A DNA stretch of 64,000 nucleotides from Candidatus Micrarchaeota archaeon (GTDB lineage: Archaea > Micrarchaeota > Micrarchaeia > Anstonellales > Bilamarchaeaceae): NCBI GenBank assembly GCA_043803165.1, contig JAZDKI010000021.1:5576-69575 (forward strand). Direction: 5' to 3'. How positions within the stretch are numbered: position 1 is the stretch's first letter; every line of letters starts with the position of its first letter. The notes beneath the pieces were generated by a model, which saw only the letters and a program-made list of their open reading frames with translations, was not told where the DNA came from and searched no databases. Below, piece after piece: positions 53,975-63,846 of this stretch. Made by a program: the position numbers and the translations under genes.

Positions 53975-55399
53975 TCACTCTTTTTTCACGAGGAAGCCCT
54001 CTTCGGCCAGTTGTGAGACCATGGCTTTTGCATCAGCGCCGGCGAAATGGACATTCACCTTCGCCTCGAGCGATTGGAGGCCGAGCAGGGTGGATTTCAC
54101 CCGTCCGACCGCCGTGCCGATATCCTCCCCTTCCCGGATATCCATATCCACCTGGACGATGAGGATGATTTGCCCCTTCTCTTCCATCTCTGCGAGCTTT
54201 TCCTTGCTTTTCAGGACTTGGAGGACGCCGGTGGCGTTGTCGCCGAGGAACTCGAATGCCGCGGGGGCGTCGTACAAGGAGAGCGTATCAGCCACATCGG
54301 CGATAGAATCGGCCTCGGACTCCGCATCCTGCGGATCGAAGCAACCATATGCCATCTTTGCCCGCACTCCGATTCCGGAAAGCGCCCTAAGCATGGAAGC
54401 GGCCTCTTTTGCGACTTCCACCGCGCCTTCCGGATCATCTTCCGAAGGATTGAGGATAAGGTCGGCCGCATTCATCGCCACGCCCTCGGAAGCGTTGATC
54501 AGAGAAGCGAAAACCGTCCTTTCCGCTTCGGACTCTGCAGGCGCGCCGTTGATCGCGCCTGCGAGGTTGCCCGCCATCTGGATGATCGGATCGAGGAGAT
54601 ATGTGCGGCCGTTGCCGAAAAGCGAGATCAGTTCGAGGGCGGCTTGGGCCTGCCAGTCTCCGCCTTCTTCCAGGCATCTGAGGGCCAGCTTGACCCGTTT
54701 CCGCTCCTTCTTCGCCGCCGCAGCGCGGAGCTCTTCATCGGGGGAGCTCATCATTATCGCTCCGGTGAGCGCGTAATATCCCTGTGCAACATCGCTATTG
54801 CGCAGATATGATTCCAGGGTTCCCTTGAGGTCGTCCGCATTATAGGGAGCGATGCCGGCATCAGCCAGATGCGCGGCCATCTCCAATGCTGCAGAGGCGC
54901 TTTCCTTGTCTAAGACGCGGGAGAGCGACTTCATCAGGGCAAGAGAGATGTTTTGCAGGGCCGGTGCGAGCGATGATTCGCCGCCATCGTATATCGAGAC
55001 AAGCGCCGAAACAGCGTTCCGGAACGCCTGCGCTTTCTCGTCATAAAGGTTATTGCTTGCCAGCCATTCCACTTCGGACAGATACCCCATGAACAGGTCT
55101 CCCATCCCGCGCTCTTGGATGCCTTCCATCAAGGCGTGCGCGCCGACATCCTGCCTCAGGTCTTCGAGGGCGGCGGTCGCCCGTTCAAGGTCGGAGAGCT
55201 TGTTCGGGGCTGATTTGAGCTTGGCTTTCAGGCACGCGAACCTCTTTTCGGTTTCGATATCGGCTGCCGATACCGGTTCGCTGGGCCTTGTTTCGGGCAG
55301 GCCAGCCAGCCCTTTGGGGAACTTCCCTTTTTCGCTTGGAGCGCCCGGTCTGATGAGCTGTTCTGACATATGATCGCCTGTGTTTATTTGTGTCCGCAA
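53975..55399 (-). CDS. hypothetical protein (474 aa, alpha-helical, acidic; C-terminal ~100 aa resembles a small alpha/beta regulatory domain)
   Basis: Long ORF with no recognisable catalytic motif; co-directional with the downstream 83-aa ORF and mat. Confidence 0.45.
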   Translation of the reverse strand: MRTQINTGDHMSEQLIRPGAPSEKGKFPKGLAGLPETRPSEPVSAADIETEKRFACLKAKLKSAPNKLSDLERATAALEDLRQDVGAHALMEGIQERGMGDLFMGYLSEVEWLASNNLYDEKAQAFRNAVSALVSIYDGGESSLAPALQNISLALMKSLSRVLDKESASAALEMAAHLADAGIAPYNADDLKGTLESYLRNSDVAQGYYALTGAIMMSSPDEELRAAAAKKERKRVKLALRCLEEGGDWQAQAALELISLFGNGRTYLLDPIIQMAGNLAGAINGAPAESEAERTVFASLINASEGVAMNAADLILNPSEDDPEGAVEVAKEAASMLRALSGIGVRAKMAYGCFDPQDAESEADSIADVADTLSLYDAPAAFEFLGDNATGVLQVLKSKEKLAEMEEKGQIILIVQVDMDIREGEDIGTAVGRVKSTLLGLQSLEAKVNVHFAGADAKAMVSQLAEEGFLVKKE

Positions 55400-55500
55400 G
55401 TGTTTTTAAATGTGTGTTTTTATGTGTATGTTCGCAGTTATAGCCCTAAAACCAAAAGATTAGAATATTGCCTGGGATAACTTATCAGGCAGGGAATCAT

Positions 55501-57246
55501 ATGTCATTCAAACGCTCACCGATAATCTGCATACTGGGGCATGTGGATCATGGTAAAACAACACTTCTCGATAGCATCAGGGGCACCGCCGTCGCGAAAA
55601 AGGAGGCCGGGGGCATCACGCAGATGATCGGGGCGAGCTATGTCGCCAAGGCCGATATCGACGCCCTATCGGGTGCTTTGGCCCAGAAGATGAAATTCAA
55701 GATAGACATCCCCGGCCTGCTCTTCATCGACACCCCGGGCCACGAGGCGTTCACGAACCTCCGGGACCGCGGGGGAAGCCTCGCGGACCTGGCGATCCTG
55801 GTCGTGGATATCAACCAGGGCTTCCAGCCCCAGACGATAGAGAGCGTGAGGATACTCAAGCAGTACAAGACCCCGTTCGTGATAGCGGCGAACAAGATAG
55901 ACGTCGTGAGCGGGTGGAAGAGCCACAAGACCGCATCGTTCTTCGAATCATTGGCGCAGCAGCCGGAGCATATCCAGGCCCGATTCGACGAGAGGATATA
56001 CGGGCTGGTCGGCAAGGTCGCAGAATACGGATTCGACAGCGAACGCTTCGACCGGGTGGCCGATTTCTCCAAGCAGATAGCGATAGTCCCGATAAGCGCC
56101 AAGACCAAGGAGGGCCTGAGCGAACTGCTCGTCCTGATAGGCGGCCTGAGCCAGAGATTCCTCGGGGCCAGGCTCGAGATCGACGAGAACGGGCGGGGCA
56201 AGGGAAGCATCATAGAGGTCAACGAGGAGAAGGGGCTCGGCACGACGATAGACGTCATCATATATGACGGCGTGATAAGGAAGAACGATGAGATCGCTTT
56301 CATGAGTTCGGACGGCGTCCGGACCACCAAGGTAAGGAGCCTGCTGGAACCCAATCTGGGCGGGAAGGACAGGTTCACGGCATTAGATGAGATCGCCGCT
56401 GCGGCCGGGGTGAAGATAAACGCGCCCGACCTTGCCGGGGCCATACCCGGCTCCCCGGTGGAAGTGGTGCAGGATTTCGAGGGCGAGAAGCGCGCGATCG
56501 AGGCCCAGTTCAAGAGCGTCATATTCAGCAAGAGCAACGAGGCCGGGGTGGTGCTCCGGGCGGATTCTTTGGGTTCTGTCGAGGCCCTGCTCAAGCTCCT
56601 CAAGGACAACGAGATAATCGTCAAGGACGCCGCTGTCGGGAACATCACCCGCAAGGACGTGATGACCGCTTCTGTCGGCAAGGGGGAGACGCCTTTCCTA
56701 TCCGTCGTGCTCGGCTTCAATGTCAAGGTGCTCGATGAGGCTTGGGAAGAGAGCAGGGGATCCGGCGTCCCGATACTCTACAGCGATGTGATATACCGGC
56801 TTGTCGAAGGGTACCAGGCCTGGATCAAGGAGGAGAAGGAGCGCTTGAAGAAGCAGGCGCTCGAGAAGCTCGTCTGGCCAGGCAAGATAAAATCATTGGA
56901 CGGCTATGTGTTCCGCGCATCGAAACCCGCCATTTTCGGCGTGGAAGTGCTGGGGGGCCGCATCAAGAAGGGATACCGGCTCATGGGAAGGGACGGCCAG
57001 GTGGCAGGGGAGATAAGGGAGATACAGAAAGAGAAGGAGAAGGTCGAGGAGGCCGGGGCGGGGGACCAGCTCGCGATATCCTGCGACGGGATAATGATGG
57101 GCAAGAACGTCAATGAAGGCGATGTGCTATACACGTATATGACGGCAGATGAGATCGCCAAGTGGGACACGCAACTGTCTATGCTGAGCGATGGCGAGAA
57201 GACGGTCTATGAGGAGATAAGGAAGATGCTCAGGAAGTATTTCTGA
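55501..57246 (+). CDS. infB: translation initiation factor aIF5B (IF2 family GTPase)
   Basis: G1 GHVDHGKTTLLD, G3 DTPGHEAF, G4 NKID; ~580 aa archaeal IF2/aIF5B. Start at ATG 55501 (MSFKRSP). Confidence 0.9.
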   Translation: MSFKRSPIICILGHVDHGKTTLLDSIRGTAVAKKEAGGITQMIGASYVAKADIDALSGALAQKMKFKIDIPGLLFIDTPGHEAFTNLRDRGGSLADLAILVVDINQGFQPQTIESVRILKQYKTPFVIAANKIDVVSGWKSHKTASFFESLAQQPEHIQARFDERIYGLVGKVAEYGFDSERFDRVADFSKQIAIVPISAKTKEGLSELLVLIGGLSQRFLGARLEIDENGRGKGSIIEVNEEKGLGTTIDVIIYDGVIRKNDEIAFMSSDGVRTTKVRSLLEPNLGGKDRFTALDEIAAAAGVKINAPDLAGAIPGSPVEVVQDFEGEKRAIEAQFKSVIFSKSNEAGVVLRADSLGSVEALLKLLKDNEIIVKDAAVGNITRKDVMTASVGKGETPFLSVVLGFNVKVLDEAWEESRGSGVPILYSDVIYRLVEGYQAWIKEEKERLKKQALEKLVWPGKIKSLDGYVFRASKPAIFGVEVLGGRIKKGYRLMGRDGQVAGEIREIQKEKEKVEEAGAGDQLAISCDGIMMGKNVNEGDVLYTYMTADEIAKWDTQLSMLSDGEKTVYEEIRKMLRKYF

Positions 57247-57289
57247 TAAACCATTCGTGGCAAGAAACGCATCGGATTGGAGTGATGAT

Positions 57290-58297
57290 ATGATAATCGG
57301 ACTGACTGGGGAGAACTGCGCAGGGAAAAGCACGATATCGGATTACCTGATGAAGAAGGGGTTCTACTACTATTCGCTCTCTGATATCATCAGGGAGGAG
57401 CTCAAGGCCGAGGGCAAATCCGTCAGCAGGGAGAACCTGATAAAGAAGGGCAACGACCTGCGCGAGCGGTTCGGCCCGGGGATACTCGGGGCCAAGCTGG
57501 CGCAGAAGATCCAGAAGGACAAGAACTACGTGATCGATTCCATCCGGAACCCGGCGGAAGTGGAGGAGCTGCGGAAGAACGGCAGGTTCTTCCTCTTCTA
57601 TGTGACAGCACCCCCTGAGGTGCGCTTCGAGAGGATAAAGGCGAGGGAGCGCGAGGAGGACCCGCGGACCTATGCGGCTTTCCTGGAGATAGAGAAGCTG
57701 GAGATGGAGAATGCTGATAAGACCAAGCAGAATCTGAAGGGGACGTTCGCTTTGGCTGATACGAAGCTGGTCAACGACGGCGACTTGAACGAGCTGCATG
57801 ATTCGGTCGACAAGGCCCTCGGATCCGTCTCGGACAAGTTCAAGCTCTCCCGGCCGAGCTGGGACGATTATTTCATGGGGATAGCCAAGATGGTCGCGAT
57901 GAGGAGCAACTGCGTGAAGAGGAAGGTCGCCGCGGTGATCGTCAAGGACAAGAGGATCATATCGACAGGCTACAACGGGACGCCTAGAGGGATCAGGAAC
58001 TGCTCTGAAGGCGGATGCCCCAGGTGCAACAGCTTCGCTGAATCCGGAAAGAACCTGGAGGAATGCGTATGCAGCCATGGCGAGGAGAACGCCATAGTCC
58101 AGGCGTCATATCATGGCATCAGCATAAAGGATTCGACCATATATACCACGTTCTCCCCTTGCCTGATGTGCACCAAGATGATAATCAATGCCGGCATCAA
58201 GGAGGTCGTCTACAACGTCTCCTATCCGATGGCTGAGACGCCCCTCCGGCTCCTAAAGGAAGCCGGGATAAAGGCCAGGCAGAACAAGATAGAGTGA
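57290..58297 (+). CDS. bifunctional-looking protein: N-terminal P-loop nucleotide/nucleoside kinase-like domain fused to C-terminal dCMP/CMP deaminase (zinc-binding)
   Basis: Walker A GLTGENCAGKST at the N-terminus; C-terminal HGEENAI (H-x-E) and SPCLMC (PCxxC) deaminase zinc motifs. SD-like GGAGTGAT upstream of ATG 57290. Confidence 0.7.
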   Translation: MIIGLTGENCAGKSTISDYLMKKGFYYYSLSDIIREELKAEGKSVSRENLIKKGNDLRERFGPGILGAKLAQKIQKDKNYVIDSIRNPAEVEELRKNGRFFLFYVTAPPEVRFERIKAREREEDPRTYAAFLEIEKLEMENADKTKQNLKGTFALADTKLVNDGDLNELHDSVDKALGSVSDKFKLSRPSWDDYFMGIAKMVAMRSNCVKRKVAAVIVKDKRIISTGYNGTPRGIRNCSEGGCPRCNSFAESGKNLEECVCSHGEENAIVQASYHGISIKDSTIYTTFSPCLMCTKMIINAGIKEVVYNVSYPMAETPLRLLKEAGIKARQNKIE

Positions 58298-58301
58298 TAC
58301 G

Positions 58302-58637
58302 ATGGATGATGAAGAGGTTATACCGATGATGGCTCCGCAGCAACAGATTCCGCAGGTGATACAGTTCTCGGCCCTGGCCATGACGGCAGAATTCATCATG
58401 ATCTTCGGGGTGATTTTCATACTGCTCGGAGCGGGGCAGTTCGTCACCGACCTGCTGAAAGTGAAGGGCTCCGGGGAGATCCTGGTCGGGCTGCTCCTGT
58501 GCGGGGGGGCGGTCGCCCTGCTCATGTTCTCGAAAAGGCAGATGCCCAAGGCCATGCCGAGGGTCCCGAAGCCGCCCCAGGTTGCGCCTCCGGCAGCAAA
58601 GCTCGGGAAAAAGGACGAATCGGCCAGCTACCGCTGA
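58302..58637 (+). CDS. hypothetical small membrane protein (2 TM, Pro-rich tail)
   Basis: ORF starting 5 nt after the upstream stop. Confidence 0.4.
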   Translation: MDDEEVIPMMAPQQQIPQVIQFSALAMTAEFIMIFGVIFILLGAGQFVTDLLKVKGSGEILVGLLLCGGAVALLMFSKRQMPKAMPRVPKPPQVAPPAAKLGKKDESASYR

Positions 58638-58643
58638 TTGTAT

Positions 58644-59582
58644 CTATGCATAGTCTGCCGAGCGCAGATGGCATAAGCCGCATGGGCCTTTTTCCATTGC
58701 TATCCGCAGCTCGCCTTCGGCATCCTCCGGCTTGGTGGTCGCCAGCGGGCCCAAGGTGGCTAGGCTGAGCAGATCCGGAGATTTTCTTATCCTCTGGACG
58801 ATATCCAGCGTAGACTCGCTGACCAGGTCACCTATCAATGGTCCCAGATGGCCGCAAATCCTGAGCCTACCGGCCTCGTCGACCATCATCCGGTGGGGTC
58901 TCTTTGAAGGTATGTGAGAAGCCTTGACCACACCATCCTTCTCGGAGTATGCGATATGGGCACCGTCGCAAGCCCGCACCATGGCCGTCCCTGAGAGATC
59001 GAAGCCCCTGCCGAGCGAGACTACTTCGGCGTCAGGCATCTGGTGCATCCTGAAACCCATCTTCCGGAATCTCGCTATGGCGCTGTCGCCGCTTCCCTCT
59101 GACAAGCTGCGCTTGCTGAAGGCTCTGTGGAACTCATCGTCTGAATAGAGTATCCAGAGCACGTCCTTGAAAGGGGCCAGCCTCTCGAAGACCTCCGATC
59201 TCCTGGCCGAGCCGTTGGTTATCATGCCGAAGAACGGCATGGAAGCGGAAGAGGCGCTGACCGTCTCCAGAAGCGTTTCTGCCACCTTGACCACGAAGTC
59301 CATATTGAGCGTGGGCTCGCCTCCGCTGATGGTTATGAACTTCACCCTCCCGCTGTCCAGGGTCGGTTTGAGGCCTCTGAAAATCGGCTCCACCATCTCC
59401 GGTTTTGCCATCTCTTTCCTTCTGGGACCTGAATCGGTCTCGCACATGGAACAGCGGAAGTTGCATCTCCGTCCCGAGAGCAGGGTTATCCCAACGGCCT
59501 TATCGCCTTTCAGCGCAGCTATGGCTGGAGGTTCAGAAAGCGAATCCACGATCCTCTTTACCATGCCACGTTTCAGCCGCAT
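58644..59582 (-). CDS. radical SAM protein (MoaA/PqqE-like, possible twitch/SPASM C-terminal Cys cluster)
   Basis: CNFRCSMC (CxxxCxxC), GGEPTL, MITNGS; additional C-terminal Cys (CGHLGP, CGLCHL). Confidence 0.75.
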   Translation of the reverse strand: MRLKRGMVKRIVDSLSEPPAIAALKGDKAVGITLLSGRRCNFRCSMCETDSGPRRKEMAKPEMVEPIFRGLKPTLDSGRVKFITISGGEPTLNMDFVVKVAETLLETVSASSASMPFFGMITNGSARRSEVFERLAPFKDVLWILYSDDEFHRAFSKRSLSEGSGDSAIARFRKMGFRMHQMPDAEVVSLGRGFDLSGTAMVRACDGAHIAYSEKDGVVKASHIPSKRPHRMMVDEAGRLRICGHLGPLIGDLVSESTLDIVQRIRKSPDLLSLATLGPLATTKPEDAEGELRIAMEKGPCGLCHLRSADYA

Positions 59583-59819
59583 GCGTATTATTACCCAGTT
59601 TGGGAATATAAAGTTATCTTTTATGGGATTTCATGTCTTATTACCCATATAGACCCGCGCCTGCGGAGCGGTTTAAAAGCAGAGGCGCGCTAATCATATT
59701 CGGCAACGATGACGAGACCGTCCCAGACTGATCGGTGATGACAAGAGTAGCTACCGAGTTGCCTTTTGATCCATCGGGTTAGGCAAAACCCTTATTATCC
59801 TTTATAGAGAATAGGGATG

Positions 59820-59826
59820 GGAGGTA
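59820..59826 (+). promoter_or_regulatory. Shine-Dalgarno-like GGGAGGT for PCNA
   Basis: atgGGAGGTaatcatATG: ATG 59832 is the probable start (MRLIVQD); the ORF-track start 59817 sits on the SD. Confidence 0.5.
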
Positions 59827-59831
59827 ATCAT

Positions 59832-60575
59832 ATGAGGCTTATCGTGCAGGACGCTCCATCATTGAAAGCGGCGGTGGATTCCATAGTCTGCTTGGTCGAG
59901 GAGGGGCAGTTCGAGATAAAGAAGGAGGGCTTGTTGCTCAAGGCGATGGACCCGTCGCAGATATCCATGGTGTCATTCTCGATGCCCAAAGAGGCGTTCG
60001 TCGAGTACAGTGTCCCCGAGGAGATGAAGATCGGGGTCGATATCGGGCAGCTCGCGAATGTCCTTGCCAGGGGCAAGAAGGGCGAGAGGGTCGAGCTCTC
60101 CGTCGAAGAGGGAAGGCTGGTAGTCAGGTTCTCCGGGGAGAAGCACAAGAGGACGTTCAAGGTCCCGTTAATCGAGACAGGGGACCGGGTGCAAAGGGAG
60201 CCTAAGATCGAGTTCAAGAATGTCGCCAAGATCAAGGCCGATTCATTGAAAGAGACGCTCAAGGACGCCCGGCTGATCAGCTCGCACGTGCGGCTTCAGC
60301 TCACCCCAGAGCAGTTCGTGGTGGATGTGAGGGGGGAGAATGGCGATGTCCGGGCCGAATTCGACAAGGGCGGCCATGACCTGACCGAATTGACGATCGC
60401 TAACGGCGCCAGATCCACATTCCCGCTCCAATACCTGGAGGACATGGTGAAGGCTACATCGGCATCGTCCATCGTGACGATAAACCTTGAGACGGACAGG
60501 CCTTTGCGGCTGGAATACGACATCGACGGGGCGAAGGTAGTGTATTACCTCGCGCCTAGGATAGAGACGGATTAG
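59832..60575 (+). CDS. pcn: DNA polymerase sliding clamp PCNA
   Basis: ~247 aa, two-domain PCNA pattern (MRLIVQDAPSLKAAVDSI...; interdomain loop; LAPRIE C-terminus). Confidence 0.9.
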   Translation: MRLIVQDAPSLKAAVDSIVCLVEEGQFEIKKEGLLLKAMDPSQISMVSFSMPKEAFVEYSVPEEMKIGVDIGQLANVLARGKKGERVELSVEEGRLVVRFSGEKHKRTFKVPLIETGDRVQREPKIEFKNVAKIKADSLKETLKDARLISSHVRLQLTPEQFVVDVRGENGDVRAEFDKGGHDLTELTIANGARSTFPLQYLEDMVKATSASSIVTINLETDRPLRLEYDIDGAKVVYYLAPRIETD

Positions 60576-60659
60576 ACGATTGACGTAATTTGTGACACAT
60601 GTTTATAAATAGTTGGACGCATGAATTAATATCGCAGACCACGTCCCGGAAGTGCATTC

Positions 60660-61538
60660 ATGAAAAAAACCGAGTTCGCGTTCAAGCAGGAGCCTGAAGA
60701 CCGCCAGCTCAGCTTGGATGCCGGCAAGCACGACGACTACGACCTGCCGGAATTCTCCAAGGAGGTTCCCGTATCATCGCGGAAATCAGAGAGCGGGGAG
60801 AGCGCTTGCGTCGAATATGAATGGAACGAGTCCAAATGCCAGAGCATCCGGATCAAGAGGATAGACTACCGCTCCAGCGAGGAGGGGCTCTCCGACCTAT
60901 ATCGCGTTTTAGCCAGAGACGGGGCGGACAGCGTCTGCTTTCGGCACAACGGCCATACCTACATCCTGCGGAAGACGGTCAAGGAGATCGCGCAGGCGCT
61001 CTACAACGCCTATGGCAAGATAAAAGGCTCCCTGGAGAACATCGTGGGCTTCATCAGGACCGCTCTCGGCAATGATTATGTCATCGCGAGGGTGGAAAGC
61101 GAATCCTGGGCTTTTGACAAACGGATAACCAAGGGGAATATCCATTATGTGGAGGTCGACAGCCTGGACCGGAAGGGCAAATGCAGGCTGGTCGAGATGG
61201 TGACAGAGAGGCTCGCTGACCTGCATGCGAGCAATCTCATAATAGGCAGGTTCACGCTCAACAACATACTCTTAGGAAAAGACGATATGCGCTTCACCGA
61301 CCTGCGCAAGCTCCGGGTCTCACGCAAGAAGTCTTTCGTGATAGAGGAATTCAAGGCGGTGCTGCAGTACCTTTTCGCGATAGGCCTCGCGAGCAGGGAG
61401 GACATCTACTGCTCGATAGCATACTACTCATCGCGGAACGAGGACGGATGCCGTGAATGGTATTCCGACCGGACCGGAAGCAAAGCGGCCGACCAGCTCG
61501 ACATCGTAGGGAAGATTGAGGAAGATATCTACAACTGA
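60660..61538 (+). CDS. hypothetical protein with atypical protein-kinase-like catalytic segment (RIO/Bud32/Kdo-kinase-like?)
   Basis: LADLHASNLIIGRFTLNNILLGKDDMRFTDL resembles the H-x-D...N...DFG region of small atypical kinases but with substitutions; located between PCNA and rad50. Confidence 0.35.
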   Translation: MKKTEFAFKQEPEDRQLSLDAGKHDDYDLPEFSKEVPVSSRKSESGESACVEYEWNESKCQSIRIKRIDYRSSEEGLSDLYRVLARDGADSVCFRHNGHTYILRKTVKEIAQALYNAYGKIKGSLENIVGFIRTALGNDYVIARVESESWAFDKRITKGNIHYVEVDSLDRKGKCRLVEMVTERLADLHASNLIIGRFTLNNILLGKDDMRFTDLRKLRVSRKKSFVIEEFKAVLQYLFAIGLASREDIYCSIAYYSSRNEDGCREWYSDRTGSKAADQLDIVGKIEEDIYN

Positions 61539-61542
61539 TTTT

Positions 61543-63846
61543 TCACATGGCTTCGATTATCGTCTCGGAGTTGCGTGACTTGTCCCTTTTCAGGCGGTAG
61601 CTGGAAGCGAATTCTGAGCCCATGAACGCCTCATCGTGCGTTATCACGAAGGTCTGCTTGACGACCTCGGGGACCTTGAACTGCAATGCCGAGGAGAGCA
61701 GTTCGACAGCCTCCGAATCCAGGTTATGCGTCGGTTCGTCAAGTATCAGCCAGCCCAGTTTCGGCGTGAGGACCATGGCCAAGGCCGCGCGGAGGGCCAA
61801 GGCCGCGCAAGCGCGCTCTCCACCGCTGGCTATCGTCTCCAGCCCTTTCCAGCCGTTCCCGTCATCCACTTCGAAGAGATAGTCTTTCTCGCTTACCCCG
61901 AGGCGCAGGGCGCGGTAGTTCTTGTATGGGTAGAAGAGGCCCCAAATCTCGTTCATGGCGGTGTTTATGGCGTCAGCCAAGCCCATCCTGAGGCCTGTCT
62001 GGGTCTCGAGCAGGGCGTTCTTGTAGAGGGCGAGCTGCTCTTCGAGGGCTGAGATATCAGACATCTCCTTCTCCAGCGCCTTTAGGACTGAGAGTTCTTC
62101 CTGGACCATCCTGAGCATCTCTGAAGATGATTTTATCTGGGAATCCAGGGTCCGTTTTGCCGAGAGCAGGCGTTCCTGATCCAGCTTCGAGCGCTCAGCC
62201 GATTCCCGGAGCGTTTCGAAGGCCTTTTCATCGAATCTCACTTGCGAGAGGGCTGTCCTTGTATCGGCCAGCCTCTTGGCTAGCGCATCCGCATCCTTCT
62301 TTTTGGCGATCAGCCGGCCCTGCTCGTTGAATGATGATCTGGCTTTCTCCAGCTCTTCGCTCGCCCCTTCGAGCTTCGTGCGCAGGGATTTGCGCTCTTC
62401 AACCAGTCCTGCCAAAGAAGCGTCCAGCTGGGCCTTTTTGGCCTTGAGGGCCTCTGCGCTTCCAGCTTCCTGCTTCAATGAGGATTCACGCTCGGATATG
62501 ACGGAGGTCCGGCGGATTATCTGGAGCAGGGAGTCGTTCTCCTTCCGTTTTTGGGCGATATCCGCCGCCAACACCATTGAGCGCGCCTGCTTATCCTTTA
62601 CCAGGCGCTCCTTCTCCGCTTTCACATGGGATATGCCGTCGTCTGTTAGTTTGGAGGAGCATAACGGGCATTGCGAAAGCCCAGGCTTTAATTTCGGGAG
62701 AGATTCTGAGAGCTCCTGGGCCTCGCGCTCGAGGGATTTGCGTTCTGATTCGATGGAAAGGAGGGCTTGCTCAAGGATCTTCTGGGATGCTGCGATGTCC
62801 TCTATGGAGCGGGTCCCCAGCAGGGATTTTAGCTCGGATTGGAGGGCTTGCGCCTTCGCCCCGGCATCGAGGGCCGCCTTCATCCGCGCATCCAATGATC
62901 CGCCTTCCTTGGATAATGCTGCGTTGCGGTCTTCTGCCGCTTTTTGCATTGAGAGCATCTTAGTGCGTTCTTCGCCCAGAGCCTGGAGGCGTTTTTCCAA
63001 CTCCTTGAAGGCGGATTCGTCTATCGTCTTGCCTTCGAGATCCGGCCTGAGCGAATCGACCTGCGCCTGGAGGCGTATGCTGTCTTTGGTGAGAGAATCG
63101 AACCTCTCCTTGTGCGCCTTCATCTCGGCGAACCTGGCCAAGGATTCGGATGCTTCCTTGGCGTGCTGCTCCAGTTCGGCTGAGGCCTTTGCGAGCGCTG
63201 TTTTGGCTTCGGCTATCTCTTCGGCTTGTTTTTTCTCTTTCTCACGAAGGGAATCGAGTTTTTCCCTGCTGAACTTCGACGCCAGGGTGTCCCGTTTGGA
63301 CCGGAACTGGTTTATCACGCTGACGATATTCGCCCTGGCGAGCTCGAAGCGGTCCAGGCCGAGAAGCGCATCGATCTCCTCCTTCCTCCTTTTCGGGTCG
63401 ATGTTGAGGAAATAGTCGATGTTGTTCTGCTCCGAGTATATCGCCCTTGTGAAGAGGTCGTAATCGACCCCGATTAGGTTTTTCACGAAGGCGGTCGCCG
63501 CGACGGAGCCGTGCTCCACCATCGAATTTGATTTGTAGACCTCGGCGTGGGTGGTTATCGCTTTTTTCGAGCGCTCGATCACCCTCTCGATGCGATACTC
63601 CGCACCATCCCACTCGAATGTGAGTTCGACGCGCGCGAGGGGTTCATTGAGCCGGATGATATTCTCGAGCTTCACCTTCCTCCGTTCAAGGGCAGGGGAT
63701 GTGCCGAAAAGCGCGAAGCTGATGGCTTCCAGGATGGAGGATTTCCCGGCGCCCATTATGCCCACTAGGAGGTTCGTGCCTTTGCGGAACTCGAGCCGGC
63801 TGTCAGCGTGCGAGCGCCAGTTGACGAGCCGGATGGATTTTATCAT
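61543..63846 (-). CDS. rad50: DNA double-strand break repair ATPase Rad50
   Basis: N-terminal Walker A GIMGAGKSSILEAI, long coiled coil with zinc-hook CPLC, C-terminal signature/Walker B (LILDEPTHNLD) and D-loop. Confidence 0.9.
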   Translation of the reverse strand: MIKSIRLVNWRSHADSRLEFRKGTNLLVGIMGAGKSSILEAISFALFGTSPALERRKVKLENIIRLNEPLARVELTFEWDGAEYRIERVIERSKKAITTHAEVYKSNSMVEHGSVAATAFVKNLIGVDYDLFTRAIYSEQNNIDYFLNIDPKRRKEEIDALLGLDRFELARANIVSVINQFRSKRDTLASKFSREKLDSLREKEKKQAEEIAEAKTALAKASAELEQHAKEASESLARFAEMKAHKERFDSLTKDSIRLQAQVDSLRPDLEGKTIDESAFKELEKRLQALGEERTKMLSMQKAAEDRNAALSKEGGSLDARMKAALDAGAKAQALQSELKSLLGTRSIEDIAASQKILEQALLSIESERKSLEREAQELSESLPKLKPGLSQCPLCSSKLTDDGISHVKAEKERLVKDKQARSMVLAADIAQKRKENDSLLQIIRRTSVISERESSLKQEAGSAEALKAKKAQLDASLAGLVEERKSLRTKLEGASEELEKARSSFNEQGRLIAKKKDADALAKRLADTRTALSQVRFDEKAFETLRESAERSKLDQERLLSAKRTLDSQIKSSSEMLRMVQEELSVLKALEKEMSDISALEEQLALYKNALLETQTGLRMGLADAINTAMNEIWGLFYPYKNYRALRLGVSEKDYLFEVDDGNGWKGLETIASGGERACAALALRAALAMVLTPKLGWLILDEPTHNLDSEAVELLSSALQFKVPEVVKQTFVITHDEAFMGSEFASSYRLKRDKSRNSETIIEAM

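Noticed and set aside
59725-59790. Possible C/D-box sRNA (GTGATGA at ~59736, TTGATCC and CCGA downstream) in the radical-SAM/PCNA intergenic region
   Set aside because: Box D/D' (CTGA) elements are not found at the required spacing and no terminal stem can be drawn. Probably a chance UGAUGA.
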